This document shows positions 34,955 through 44,519 of a stretch of 55,909 nt of DNA, one piece after another. A program made the position numbers and the translations under genes. Positions within the stretch are counted from its first letter, which is position 1; each line of letters opens with the position of its first letter. The notes below the pieces were generated by a model. That model saw nothing but the letters and a program-made list of their open reading frames with translations, was not told where the DNA came from and searched no databases. The stretch comes from a virus (taxonomy: Duplodnaviria > Caudoviricetes): the IMG/VR virus record IMGVR_UViG_3300030380_000259, positions 1 to 55,909 of that record. One strand, written 5' to 3'.

Positions 34955-36981
34955 TATGATATAGTTCCTGAAGCTGTTACATCACCTACAGCAGTAAAGT
35001 TTCCACTTGTGTCGATAGCAAATTTAGCGGTGCCATTGTATTTAAATACAAGTGCATCTGTTTTTGCTGAACTGTTGATTGTAAAGTCACCTACTTCTAC
35101 AGTCCAATCATCGCTTGCACCTATTTGTATAGATGTTGTTCCTGACGATGCATTAGTTGCTTTGAGAACAGGAGAATCAACACTATCTGCGTATACATTA
35201 GCATATCGATTAGACGTAGTTCCTATGTTATATGTGCTATCAGTGGTAGATACTATATTACCTGTAGTTACAGAACCTGTGCCTGCATCTAAACTAGTAA
35301 ATGTACCACCACCAAATACTACATCACCTGCATTACCGCTAAATACTTCACTACTATTCGTTGCATCAGCTATAAAGGTAAATTTACTTGCACTATCATC
35401 GTATCCAAAGAAACCAACTTTAGCAGTAGTACCTGTGTGATATCTAAACTCTATACCTCTATCTTTATTATCATCTGAACTAGGAGCAGTATCTCCACCT
35501 AATGTAAATATAGGGTCATCAATAGTTACTGTAGTACTATTTACTGTAGTTGTTGTTCCATTTACAGTTAAGTTACCACTAATAGTAATACCACCTGTTA
35601 TGTTAATATTACCTGTTCCTGTTATATTAGAACTATTTAAATCTAAGTTGCCACCCAATTGAGGACTACTATCTGCTGATAAATCTGTATTTATAGCTGT
35701 AAAAGAAAGTTGACCACTACCATTTGTTTGTAATACTTCATTAGCATTTCCATCTGCTATAGGAAAATTTAAACCATCTAATACTATTTTACCATTACCA
35801 TTAGGTGTAATTGTTATATCACCATTTGTATTTGTGCTAGTTAAAGAATTAGTATCTAATAATAGATTACCAACAGCTACATTTCCAGCAAAAGTAGCAT
35901 TAGCACCTGCAAAAGTTAAAGCTGTTGTAGTTCCTGATTTAATAATTAAGTTACCAGAAGTATTTGTTAATGAACCGTATGTAGAACCTGCATCTTTAAG
36001 AAAGACATCTCCACCATCTGCATCCAATATAATATCTGTTGTAGCATCTAAAGTAATTGTACCACTGCTATCTATTTCTTCTATAATAGGAGTAGTTAAA
36101 GTTTTATTAGTAAGAGTTTGTGAACCTGTTAAAGTAGCTACTGTGCTATCTATAGCAAATGTAACAGCATTTCCAGAACCACTAGTATCAATACCTGTTC
36201 CTCCAGTAAAGGTTAATGTCTCACTATCTAAGTCTATAGATAATGCACCACCACTGTCAGCTTGAAAGTCTAAATCTTGTGCAGTTACTTGTGAATCAAC
36301 GTATGCTTTTACAGATTGTTGTGTTGGAACATGCGTGTTAGAATCAGAGGACATGTCATCTTCATCTTTAAACCCAGCAATATCTGTTGTACCATCTGAT
36401 AATGTTCCAAAGGTAATAGTATTAGTTGTTGTAATAGCACCAAACCCAGACGCTATAGAACCAGAAGCTAATGCACCAACAGTTGTAACATTTGATAGAG
36501 TATCTAAAGCTGATTCAAAGTACGTTTCAAAATCAGTTAAAGCTACTTGAACCATAGTGCCATTATCATTTACAATTAATCTATCAGCATCAGCTAATGT
36601 TGTTGAAGTAGCAGATGTACCACCATCTATAATATTTAATTCTGCACCTGTAGATGTAATAGCTGTGCCATTTAAATTTAATGTATCTATGAAAGCTATA
36701 CCATCTAAATAAAAATCTTTAAACTTAGCAGATGATGCTCCTAAATCTACAGTGTTATTTGAGTTTGGTTTAATAACATTAGCACTTGTACCTAATAGTT
36801 CTCCTGCCTGTCCAAAAACAGTAATGCGTCCACCTTCTTGTGCATTACCACTATGTGTGTGTCCAGCACTAGCACTAAATGCATCTACTAATTTATTAAA
36901 TTCTGCATTGAAATCTGCAGCATTAATTACCAGACCAGTGGCAATATTACTAGTAGATTGTCTTGTATACGAGTTTGCCAT
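34954..36981 (-). CDS. Tail fibre protein
   Basis: N-terminal anchor (DFNAEFN...GHTH); S/T/G-rich; PTQQSVKAYVD, LTNKTL and PQLGGNLD repeats. Confidence 0.85.
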   Translation of the reverse strand: MANSYTRQSTSNIATGLVINAADFNAEFNKLVDAFSASAGHTHSGNAQEGGRITVFGQAGELLGTSANVIKPNSNNTVDLGASSAKFKDFYLDGIAFIDTLNLNGTAITSTGAELNIIDGGTSATSTTLADADRLIVNDNGTMVQVALTDFETYFESALDTLSNVTTVGALASGSIASGFGAITTTNTITFGTLSDGTTDIAGFKDEDDMSSDSNTHVPTQQSVKAYVDSQVTAQDLDFQADSGGALSIDLDSETLTFTGGTGIDTSGSGNAVTFAIDSTVATLTGSQTLTNKTLTTPIIEEIDSSGTITLDATTDIILDADGGDVFLKDAGSTYGSLTNTSGNLIIKSGTTTALTFAGANATFAGNVAVGNLLLDTNSLTSTNTNGDITITPNGNGKIVLDGLNFPIADGNANEVLQTNGSGQLSFTAINTDLSADSSPQLGGNLDLNSSNITGTGNINITGGITISGNLTVNGTTTTVNSTTVTIDDPIFTLGGDTAPSSDDNKDRGIEFRYHTGTTAKVGFFGYDDSASKFTFIADATNSSEVFSGNAGDVVFGGGTFTSLDAGTGSVTTGNIVSTTDSTYNIGTTSNRYANVYADSVDSPVLKATNASSGTTSIQIGASDDWTVEVGDFTINSSAKTDALVFKYNGTAKFAIDTSGNFTAVGDVTASGTIS

Positions 36982-38531
36982 TATCTTCTCCCGTTAAGGC
37001 TATATTCTAATACTATTGTATCTAAACTAAAAGGTGGATTTGTATCGTCTGTAGTTATTTGTAATTGAAATGCTTTAGCAGAACCTATCAAAGGTTGAAC
37101 AAGACTGCTATCAAAATTATCCGAACTATATTTAACTGTTGCACCACCATAAATAGATGTTAAAGAATCAAATACAGAAAACTCAGTTAAATCATTTGCA
37201 TATGTTATACATATAGGTTGAGGGTCAACTTTACCAAAATCTAAAATTGGACATACCTGCATACTGACTGCACCTGATGGGTCTGTATATACTGTACCTT
37301 TATAAAATGTTTTTCTTAACTGAGGGTCATCTAAAGTTAAATGAGGTGTATGAAAGATAGCTTTTATATTTGCTCCATCAAAACTGTTACCACTTTCCAT
37401 TCTATAAATATAGCCATCATCATTTCCAAAATATATAAACTCTTCATCATTTTCATATTCACTAAATATAGCTCTAGCTTTTATACCTGCTGTTTCAGAC
37501 CAAGAAAAATTACCTTGTATTCCTTGTGTTCCTAATATTCCTTGTGAAGAAGCATCATTTATGGCTGTGTTATATGCAAAAATTCTATACTGACTTTTAG
37601 TTCTTATCGTAGTAGATGCAAACACAGAAGAAAAACTAGCAAGGTTTGTTATTTCTTTTTGTATTGGATTTGATAAATTTTGAAGACTAAAATCTCCTAT
37701 CTTATCTGTTGCACCTAAAGATTTTAAACCATCAGGTCCTAAGAAAATAACATCTCCTGCAACTTCTTGTACTGTATCAGGTGCTATTGCTCCTAAATCA
37801 TTTGTTACAGGTTCTATTCTGTAATCTTCAGCACTACTTCCTACAATTCTATTTATACTATTTTTTGTAAATACAATTAATTGTTCACGAAAAACTATTA
37901 AGTCTGTTATTGTATCATTAAATCTAAATATACCACCACCAGATGCTGATGTGAAATCTGTATCACTTAAATAAGCAGAATATGCTAAAGTAGAACCGTT
38001 TGCTACAAAGATATGTCCTTTTAATAAAGCAACAAAGTCAGCACCTGTAAGAGAAGAAGAACTAACTGATGTTATTGTATTTGCAACTTGGTCGTATATT
38101 CTTGGATTACTTGTACCATCAACTATAAATAAATTTTCGTTACCATCAAAGTTATATTTTAAAAATCTAACTCGTCCTGAACCAGATAAAGATACTCCTG
38201 TGCTACCAAAACTACCATTATCAGTTATCTGTGTCCAACCACTTCCTGATGAGCGATATAGGTGTGTTGTTCTAGCCGCAATCACAAAACCTGCATAACG
38301 AACTACACCTCTAATTATATCTGGGCTACCACCTGTATTTGTTCCTGCAATTGTATTACTATCAAACTTAGAATATCCTTGTATTCTTCTATAACCACCT
38401 TCAATAGAGGGTTCAAAGTTACGTAGAAGTGTAGCAGTTCCTATGGCATTTATACCTTGCTGTAAAGGACTAAGATTGGTTATTAACCCACCTGCTAACT
38501 CTATTGGATATGTTCTCCATGCGTCTGCCAT
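36981..38531 (-). CDS. Tail nozzle / tubular protein B-like
   Basis: GGL..., NFEP...GGYRRI.GY; beta-propeller-like; position after the adaptor. Confidence 0.7.
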   Translation of the reverse strand: MADAWRTYPIELAGGLITNLSPLQQGINAIGTATLLRNFEPSIEGGYRRIQGYSKFDSNTIAGTNTGGSPDIIRGVVRYAGFVIAARTTHLYRSSGSGWTQITDNGSFGSTGVSLSGSGRVRFLKYNFDGNENLFIVDGTSNPRIYDQVANTITSVSSSSLTGADFVALLKGHIFVANGSTLAYSAYLSDTDFTSASGGGIFRFNDTITDLIVFREQLIVFTKNSINRIVGSSAEDYRIEPVTNDLGAIAPDTVQEVAGDVIFLGPDGLKSLGATDKIGDFSLQNLSNPIQKEITNLASFSSVFASTTIRTKSQYRIFAYNTAINDASSQGILGTQGIQGNFSWSETAGIKARAIFSEYENDEEFIYFGNDDGYIYRMESGNSFDGANIKAIFHTPHLTLDDPQLRKTFYKGTVYTDPSGAVSMQVCPILDFGKVDPQPICITYANDLTEFSVFDSLTSIYGGATVKYSSDNFDSSLVQPLIGSAKAFQLQITTDDTNPPFSLDTIVLEYSLNGRR

Positions 38532-38546
38532 AATGTACCTTATATA

Positions 38547-38574
38547 GTTATATGTAAATTATTGATTTTGTCAA
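38547..38574 (-). promoter_or_regulatory. sigma70-type promoter TTGACA-N16-TATAAC
   Basis: Occupies a 45-bp intergenic gap. Confidence 0.65.
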
Positions 38575-38576
38575 GT

Positions 38577-39317
38577 CTAATCAAACGCAGCACCGTCAGT
38601 GGTTCTTGCATTACCTAAACTAGTATTACCTGTATTATTTATAATCATACCAGAACGAACATATTCAAATCTATTTACTAATAAACTTCTCATATTCTCT
38701 ATACCTTCATTAAATTTTTCTTTAGCTACCATTGCATCTTGTGTATTTTCTCTAAATAAATATGCATAAAACATTGCTCCATCTAAAATAACGTGAGCAA
38801 ATCTTTCAGGTATTGTTGGCACATCATCATGCAGTTCTAAATCTGTAGGAAATTGATAATATTCATATATTATAGTATATGCTTTATCAGGAGCAGGTAT
38901 TAAACCATATCTAAAATCAGGTGTTCTAAATACATATTGTGGTTTAGCTGATTTTGAATTATCATATTCATATTCTATATATTTATTAAGGTATTCTTCA
39001 TAATCTATTACTTTTAATTTTCTTGTTTCAATATCAAGCGTTGTATCCTTTTTAATTCTAAATGTATCCATAGCCACTGTTTTTAACGTATCAGGAAAAT
39101 CATAACGCATTACATTTGCAGTTACTGTTTCTTCTTCTTCTACGTGATTAAAAGGATAATTATATTGTTGTTGATTTATATCTCTTACTGAATGATTAAC
39201 TGCATCTTTTGCTTGTGCATAAAAACCTGATGCAGTAGCAAAATTAGAAGAAGTTAATTCTACTTCATTTAATCTTCTGTTTATTTGATTAACTAATCCT
39301 AAAAAATCATATGCCAT
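38577..39317 (-). CDS. Head-tail adaptor / tail tubular protein A-like
   Basis: FLGLVN...RLNEV, PAPDKAY and IPERF motifs. Confidence 0.75.
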   Translation of the reverse strand: MAYDFLGLVNQINRRLNEVELTSSNFATASGFYAQAKDAVNHSVRDINQQQYNYPFNHVEEEETVTANVMRYDFPDTLKTVAMDTFRIKKDTTLDIETRKLKVIDYEEYLNKYIEYEYDNSKSAKPQYVFRTPDFRYGLIPAPDKAYTIIYEYYQFPTDLELHDDVPTIPERFAHVILDGAMFYAYLFRENTQDAMVAKEKFNEGIENMRSLLVNRFEYVRSGMIINNTGNTSLGNARTTDGAAFD

Positions 39318-39318
39318 T

Positions 39319-39648
39319 TTATTGCTCTTTTATCATAAGTTTTATTACTCGTTCTGCTGAAATTGCTCTAGTATCTGTCATACTACAAAATAATTTGTAT
39401 TGAGTATGTACAGTTCCTGCAGATAAAAATATAGTTGCAACTGTACCATCTGAAGAAATATTTTGTGCTGTGGTTGTTAATCCATTAACGGTATCTCCTG
39501 CATCAAAACGTGTTTTAACACCGTTTTCATTAATAATAAACCAAATGACTTGAGATATACTTGTACCCTGTCGTAAAAACCTACTCCAATCTACACTGTA
39601 GTCTAATGTTTCATCTGGGTCTTTATTAGGAAACCTAAAAGACGACAT
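39319..39648 (-). CDS. Fibre-tail adaptor-like protein (KDPDExLDYxxDW)
   Basis: Recognisable N-terminal motif; AAGGAG RBS. Confidence 0.65.
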   Translation of the reverse strand: MSSFRFPNKDPDETLDYSVDWSRFLRQGTSISQVIWFIINENGVKTRFDAGDTVNGLTTTAQNISSDGTVATIFLSAGTVHTQYKLFCSMTDTRAISAERVIKLMIKEQ

Positions 39649-39662
39649 TTCTATCTCCTTAT

Positions 39663-41033
39663 TTATCTAATACGCACACGTCTTTGTGCGCTAAGTCTAT
39701 CAAATGTTGGTGGTATTCTAACAACTCTATTCTGTGAAAGTATAAATACTCTTCTATCTTCAGGTCTTGCATCAAGTCTCGCTTGTACATATACAACTCT
39801 ATCTCTAGTAAATAAATCGCGTAATGATAGATAATTTATTTTTATAGTATCATCACTAGAAGTAGAAGCATTTCCTGTAGCTGAAACAGATACTATTTTA
39901 ACTACACGAGATTCAGTTGTTGCATTAGCATCACCTGATATAGAACCACTAGCTAATACTCTTATAGAAGGTATTGCTATAACTGATGCTGAACCTGATA
40001 TACTGCTATCGACAGCATTTATATGTGCAGGTGTATTAGCTACTGCGCTTGAACCTGAACTAGTAATATCAGCATTAAAAACTTTAACTGCAGAACTAGA
40101 GGTAGCACTTTGACCTGTTATTGAACTACTAACATCTTTTAACTTATCTGCTACTGCTGATACAGTTGTTGCACCACTAACAGAAGCACTAGCAATTTCA
40201 ATATCAGATGTACTAACACTAATAGATGCTGAACCAGATGCACTAGCTGAAGAATCAAATGTCTGATTAGCTGTACCTGATGCAGTACCGTCACCTAAAA
40301 TGCTTCCTGCACCTAAAGTACGTCTACCAGCTATACTAGATGCACTTGCTGACCCTGAAACAGAAGCATCTGCCTCTTGTCCAACTAAACCTTGAGCAGT
40401 AGCACTACCTGTTACTGAAGCCTCACCTAACAACACTTTTACAGCAGTGCTTGATGCTGTGCTTTGACCTGTTACATTTGCTTCAGCTTTAAATCTTTGA
40501 TTAGCAGAACCTGATGTAGTTGCCTCACCTGATACACTTGCTTCTGCAGGTCTTACTTTTATAGCAGTAGAACTTACACTACCATCACCTGCTATACTTG
40601 CTTCTGCAGGTTGTACTCTTACAGCCGTAGAACTTACGCTACTATCACCTGATACGGATGCATCTGTTGTTATTCTTACACCAGCAATAGCAGATACACT
40701 AGCTGAACCAGATATTGCAGACTCACCCGGTCTTAAACCTGTAGCTGTAGAAGACGATGAACCATTTGCAGATATTGAAGTTCTAGCATCTAATGTAGCA
40801 ACCGCAGTGCTTGCCTCTGTACCAACACCCGATACACTAGCACTTGCAGGTTGTATTTTTACAGCACTTGAGGATACTGCACCTTGACCTGAAACTGATG
40901 CAGAAGAAGTTTGTATTCTTATAGCACTTGAGGATACTGCACTTGCGCCTGATACGGATGCATCTGCTGTTAATATTCTACCTGCTTCAGCAGAAAACGG
41001 AGCAGTAGAAAAAGGAGCAATAGAAAACGTCAT
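39663..41033 (-). CDS. Ala/Ser-rich 20-aa repeat structural protein
   Basis: Repeated ASVSG units; 60-nt DNA periodicity. Confidence 0.8.
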   Translation of the reverse strand: MTFSIAPFSTAPFSAEAGRILTADASVSGASAVSSSAIRIQTSSASVSGQGAVSSSAVKIQPASASVSGVGTEASTAVATLDARTSISANGSSSSTATGLRPGESAISGSASVSAIAGVRITTDASVSGDSSVSSTAVRVQPAEASIAGDGSVSSTAIKVRPAEASVSGEATTSGSANQRFKAEANVTGQSTASSTAVKVLLGEASVTGSATAQGLVGQEADASVSGSASASSIAGRRTLGAGSILGDGTASGTANQTFDSSASASGSASISVSTSDIEIASASVSGATTVSAVADKLKDVSSSITGQSATSSSAVKVFNADITSSGSSAVANTPAHINAVDSSISGSASVIAIPSIRVLASGSISGDANATTESRVVKIVSVSATGNASTSSDDTIKINYLSLRDLFTRDRVVYVQARLDARPEDRRVFILSQNRVVRIPPTFDRLSAQRRVRIR

Positions 41034-41260
41034 ACTGCATCACCTATAGCAATACCATACCATGCACCTCGCCAGAAGAATAATTTATTTGTGCTAGTTA
41101 CGTATGCCATATCACCTACACTAGCTGATGCTGGTATATCTGAAGCATTGGTATAAGCAGTTACCACACCACCTGTTAATGTACCATCACTAGCTATAAT
41201 ATCGTTAGCAACAGCTTGACCAGCACTTGTTGCTATGTCTCTGTTTCTACTTTCTGTCAT
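41030..41260 (-). CDS. Short paralogue of the N-terminal domain of the LamG protein
   Basis: MTESRNRD(I/L)ATS... aligns with 41265-44501 over ~75 aa. Confidence 0.8.
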   Translation of the reverse strand: MTESRNRDIATSAGQAVANDIIASDGTLTGGVVTAYTNASDIPASASVGDMAYVTSTNKLFFWRGAWYGIAIGDAV

Positions 41261-41264
41261 TATT

Positions 41265-44200
41265 CTAGCCTAATAGTTCTGAAGTTGGGGGTGTAAATTT
41301 ATTTCCTGCAATTGCATGAGCAACCGTACCTCTTTGTATTCTAAAGTTAGAGATGTAACCACTAAAAGGATAACTATTATCCCAACGTCCACCTAAACCA
41401 AATTCTTGTAAATCATACCCAGTTGAACTACTAAGAGTACCATTACCCATAATTTTACCATCGATATAAGAACTATAATTAAAAGTATTTCCACCTTGGT
41501 ATTCCTCTGAATAATAAAGATGATGCCATGTTCTAGGATGCACATGATTTGATATAGCTATATCATAAGTACTACCACTTGTTGAGTGTCCTCTAATTCT
41601 TAGATTATTAGATTGAAAACCTATTTGAAAATTTGCAGCACTAGAGGAGGCGTTATAAGTACTCATTATATGTGTGTTAGCACTAAAATCATCTTCGTCT
41701 AACCAGAACCAAAATTCTATAGACATGTTATCAGCCGCACCACCAGTTGTACTACCCATTGTGTAAACTGAAGAAGCACCTGTATGCGTTAGTTTGAGTA
41801 CTTGGTCTGAGTTTTGTGGAAAATAAACTGACTTCATACCATCTGCAGGTCCGAAGTCATATACAGTAGGTGCTGTACCATTAGTAGCTACTGACCAACT
41901 TCCACTTACAGTTGTAGAAGATGCGGCATGACAGGCAAGTAAAAAGGTATTACTATCTGCAGTTAATGTTTTTGCTACAGTATCTAGTGGTAATCTAACA
42001 TGGTCTAAACTTACTCTAAAATCTTCTATGTAAACATCCGCACCATTAGAATATCCACCAGCAATTACAAAAGTACCTGTGGTATTAATATCTTGAGTTC
42101 CTGAAGTGCTTTTTGTAGCTACTAAAGTACCATTTAAATATAAATATATTTTATCATAAACACGAGTAAGGGCAACATGTGTCCAAGCTGTGCTTAACAT
42201 ATTATTATTAGCTGAACCCATAGTAGAACTATCAAATCCAGATATTGAAGAATTGATATTTCCACCAGTAATATATACAAATAATCCAAAACCTGACCGA
42301 AGTTGGCACGTAATATTGTTGTTAAAACCGCCCGGACTAACTTCAAATAAAGTTTTTTCACTACTATTTATAGTGCTATCTAACCAATACCAAAATTCAA
42401 TAGTAAAATTTTTTCGTCCAAAATACAATCTTTCCGCATCATCTCCCTTGTCATCAAAATAAACACCATGACCCGAAGCTGAAGCATTTGGACGTATTGA
42501 TGCAGAAGCATGTTTTGTTCTAGTTGTAGATGATGTAGTAGAAGCCAATCTTACTCTATGATTTTTACTAACATCAAATATTTTTGAAGCAGATGGATTT
42601 ATTAAAAACTTAGTATTTGTTATAGCAGTTAATGGTGCTGAAGGTGGATTAAATGCGCCTGTATATACAGCAGTTCCTTTTACAACTCTCAAATCTGCTA
42701 TATAACCCTTAAAAGGAGATGAAGTAGCATTTCCATCTATACCTATATAAAAATTACCTGCCTGATAATTAGTACTATTAGTTGCAGTTCCAACAGAAAC
42801 ACCATTTACATAATAGGTAAGAGTAGTACCGTTTCTAACAAGAGCTAAATGATGCCAAGTATTTACATAAGGATTATAGGCAGAAGTAAAAGTGTGGTCA
42901 ATATCAGTTCCCGGACGACTAACCGTAATCTCTCCATTGCTTCGTAGATGTGAGCCAATTCCAGTTGTTCCATAACCTACAGCAAAAAGTATAGCATAGC
43001 TTGAAGCTACTGTTTGATATGCCCAACATTCAATTGTAAAATCACCTGTGCCAAATGCAAAATCACTGTTACTTCCTGCCGAAAGGTAATCACCTGAACC
43101 ATCTAAAAATACTGAACCTTTGTGTTTACTAGCATTGTAAGTTACTGTATCAAAAGGACTGAATGTATTTTTTTCAATAGTGCCATTATATGTGAAAGTT
43201 TGATTTTGACCTGACTCATCTTTTAAATAAGGTAGTGCGCCTAATAACAATTTAGTATTTGTTATAGCAGTTACATTTTCATAAGGAACATCTATAGTTG
43301 TATTTGACGCATTATTAGGATGAGAACCATTAATAAATCTAACTCCTCGTACAAATCCTTCAAATCCTTCTGAACTATTTCCAGTTGCACCAATGTATGC
43401 ATAGGTATTACCTGTACTAATTGAGGCACTATAACTACCATTATGAGCAATTCTACTGCCATCATAAAATATTGCTATATTTGTACCTGTTCTAGAAACA
43501 CACAGATGATGCCATTCACCTTTTCTAAAAGATTGTGTAGATGTTAATTGTCTATCTATAGAACCATCATGCCAATAAGCAGTAATCTTGTTACTATTTG
43601 AATTATCATAGAGCATAAGACCAAAAGATTTACTATCACTGTAATACGGTCCTAAACCAAATCCACGAGTTTCGTTTTGGAAACTGTAAGATGGAGCAAC
43701 ATAGAACCACCCTTCATATGACCAATCACCTGTTCCACCTATATCAAAATCAGCGGATGAACCAGTTCTAATATATGATTGATTCGTATTTAAAAGTGTG
43801 CTATATCCCCCATTTTTATAAGGAGTAAAAGTAGTAGTATGAGCATCATTAAATAAACTTATTGTATGATTACTAGTAGAGGAATCGGTAACTGTATTAT
43901 TAGTTCCAGCATTACCACTAGCTTTAATTAAAAATGTAGTTTTTTTACTATTTTCAGTAGGTATACTAAATACTAAAGTAAATGTAGAAACAACATCTGT
44001 ATTATTAACACTATCAGATGCTCTAAAAGTTAATGTACCGCTTTCAGTTGTAGCAACACCATCTGCTTTAGGTGTAACTGTAAATACATTTGTATTGTTA
44101 CCTGTACCTTGTGCTACAGTAGCAAGCCCATTAAAATTATTATCTGCTATAGCACTATATGTGATAGTAAAACCTTCAGGGTCAGTAGCTACTACTGTGA

Positions 44201-44501
44201 TTGTAGTTGCTGTGCTACCATCTGTGGCTAAACTATAAGATGAATTAGGAGATGTAGTATATGTAGGTGATGTATTGATAAGTGCTATTACATACCAACC
44301 TGATGAACCCCTAATGTACAAACCATTGTTTGCTGTAACAAATCCTAAGTCACCTGCACTAACACCTGAACTTGGTAGGTCAGATAGATTAGTATATGTA
44401 GTAACACCACTGATAGCAAGCGAACCATCTGTTGCAATGTTGTCAGACGCAACTGCCGCACCTATACTTGTAGCTAAATCTCTATTACGTGATTCGGTCA
44501 T
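41265..44501 (-). CDS. Multi-LamG / concanavalin A-like receptor-binding protein
   Basis: Repeated FTIExW, WHHLAL and FxGYIxxxR motifs. Confidence 0.88.
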   Translation of the reverse strand: MTESRNRDLATSIGAAVASDNIATDGSLAISGVTTYTNLSDLPSSGVSAGDLGFVTANNGLYIRGSSGWYVIALINTSPTYTTSPNSSYSLATDGSTATTITVVATDPEGFTITYSAIADNNFNGLATVAQGTGNNTNVFTVTPKADGVATTESGTLTFRASDSVNNTDVVSTFTLVFSIPTENSKKTTFLIKASGNAGTNNTVTDSSTSNHTISLFNDAHTTTFTPYKNGGYSTLLNTNQSYIRTGSSADFDIGGTGDWSYEGWFYVAPSYSFQNETRGFGLGPYYSDSKSFGLMLYDNSNSNKITAYWHDGSIDRQLTSTQSFRKGEWHHLCVSRTGTNIAIFYDGSRIAHNGSYSASISTGNTYAYIGATGNSSEGFEGFVRGVRFINGSHPNNASNTTIDVPYENVTAITNTKLLLGALPYLKDESGQNQTFTYNGTIEKNTFSPFDTVTYNASKHKGSVFLDGSGDYLSAGSNSDFAFGTGDFTIECWAYQTVASSYAILFAVGYGTTGIGSHLRSNGEITVSRPGTDIDHTFTSAYNPYVNTWHHLALVRNGTTLTYYVNGVSVGTATNSTNYQAGNFYIGIDGNATSSPFKGYIADLRVVKGTAVYTGAFNPPSAPLTAITNTKFLINPSASKIFDVSKNHRVRLASTTSSTTRTKHASASIRPNASASGHGVYFDDKGDDAERLYFGRKNFTIEFWYWLDSTINSSEKTLFEVSPGGFNNNITCQLRSGFGLFVYITGGNINSSISGFDSSTMGSANNNMLSTAWTHVALTRVYDKIYLYLNGTLVATKSTSGTQDINTTGTFVIAGGYSNGADVYIEDFRVSLDHVRLPLDTVAKTLTADSNTFLLACHAASSTTVSGSWSVATNGTAPTVYDFGPADGMKSVYFPQNSDQVLKLTHTGASSVYTMGSTTGGAADNMSIEFWFWLDEDDFSANTHIMSTYNASSSAANFQIGFQSNNLRIRGHSTSGSTYDIAISNHVHPRTWHHLYYSEEYQGGNTFNYSSYIDGKIMGNGTLSSSTGYDLQEFGLGGRWDNSYPFSGYISNFRIQRGTVAHAIAGNKFTPPTSELLG

Positions 44502-44519
44502 TCTATTAATTTATCTCCA

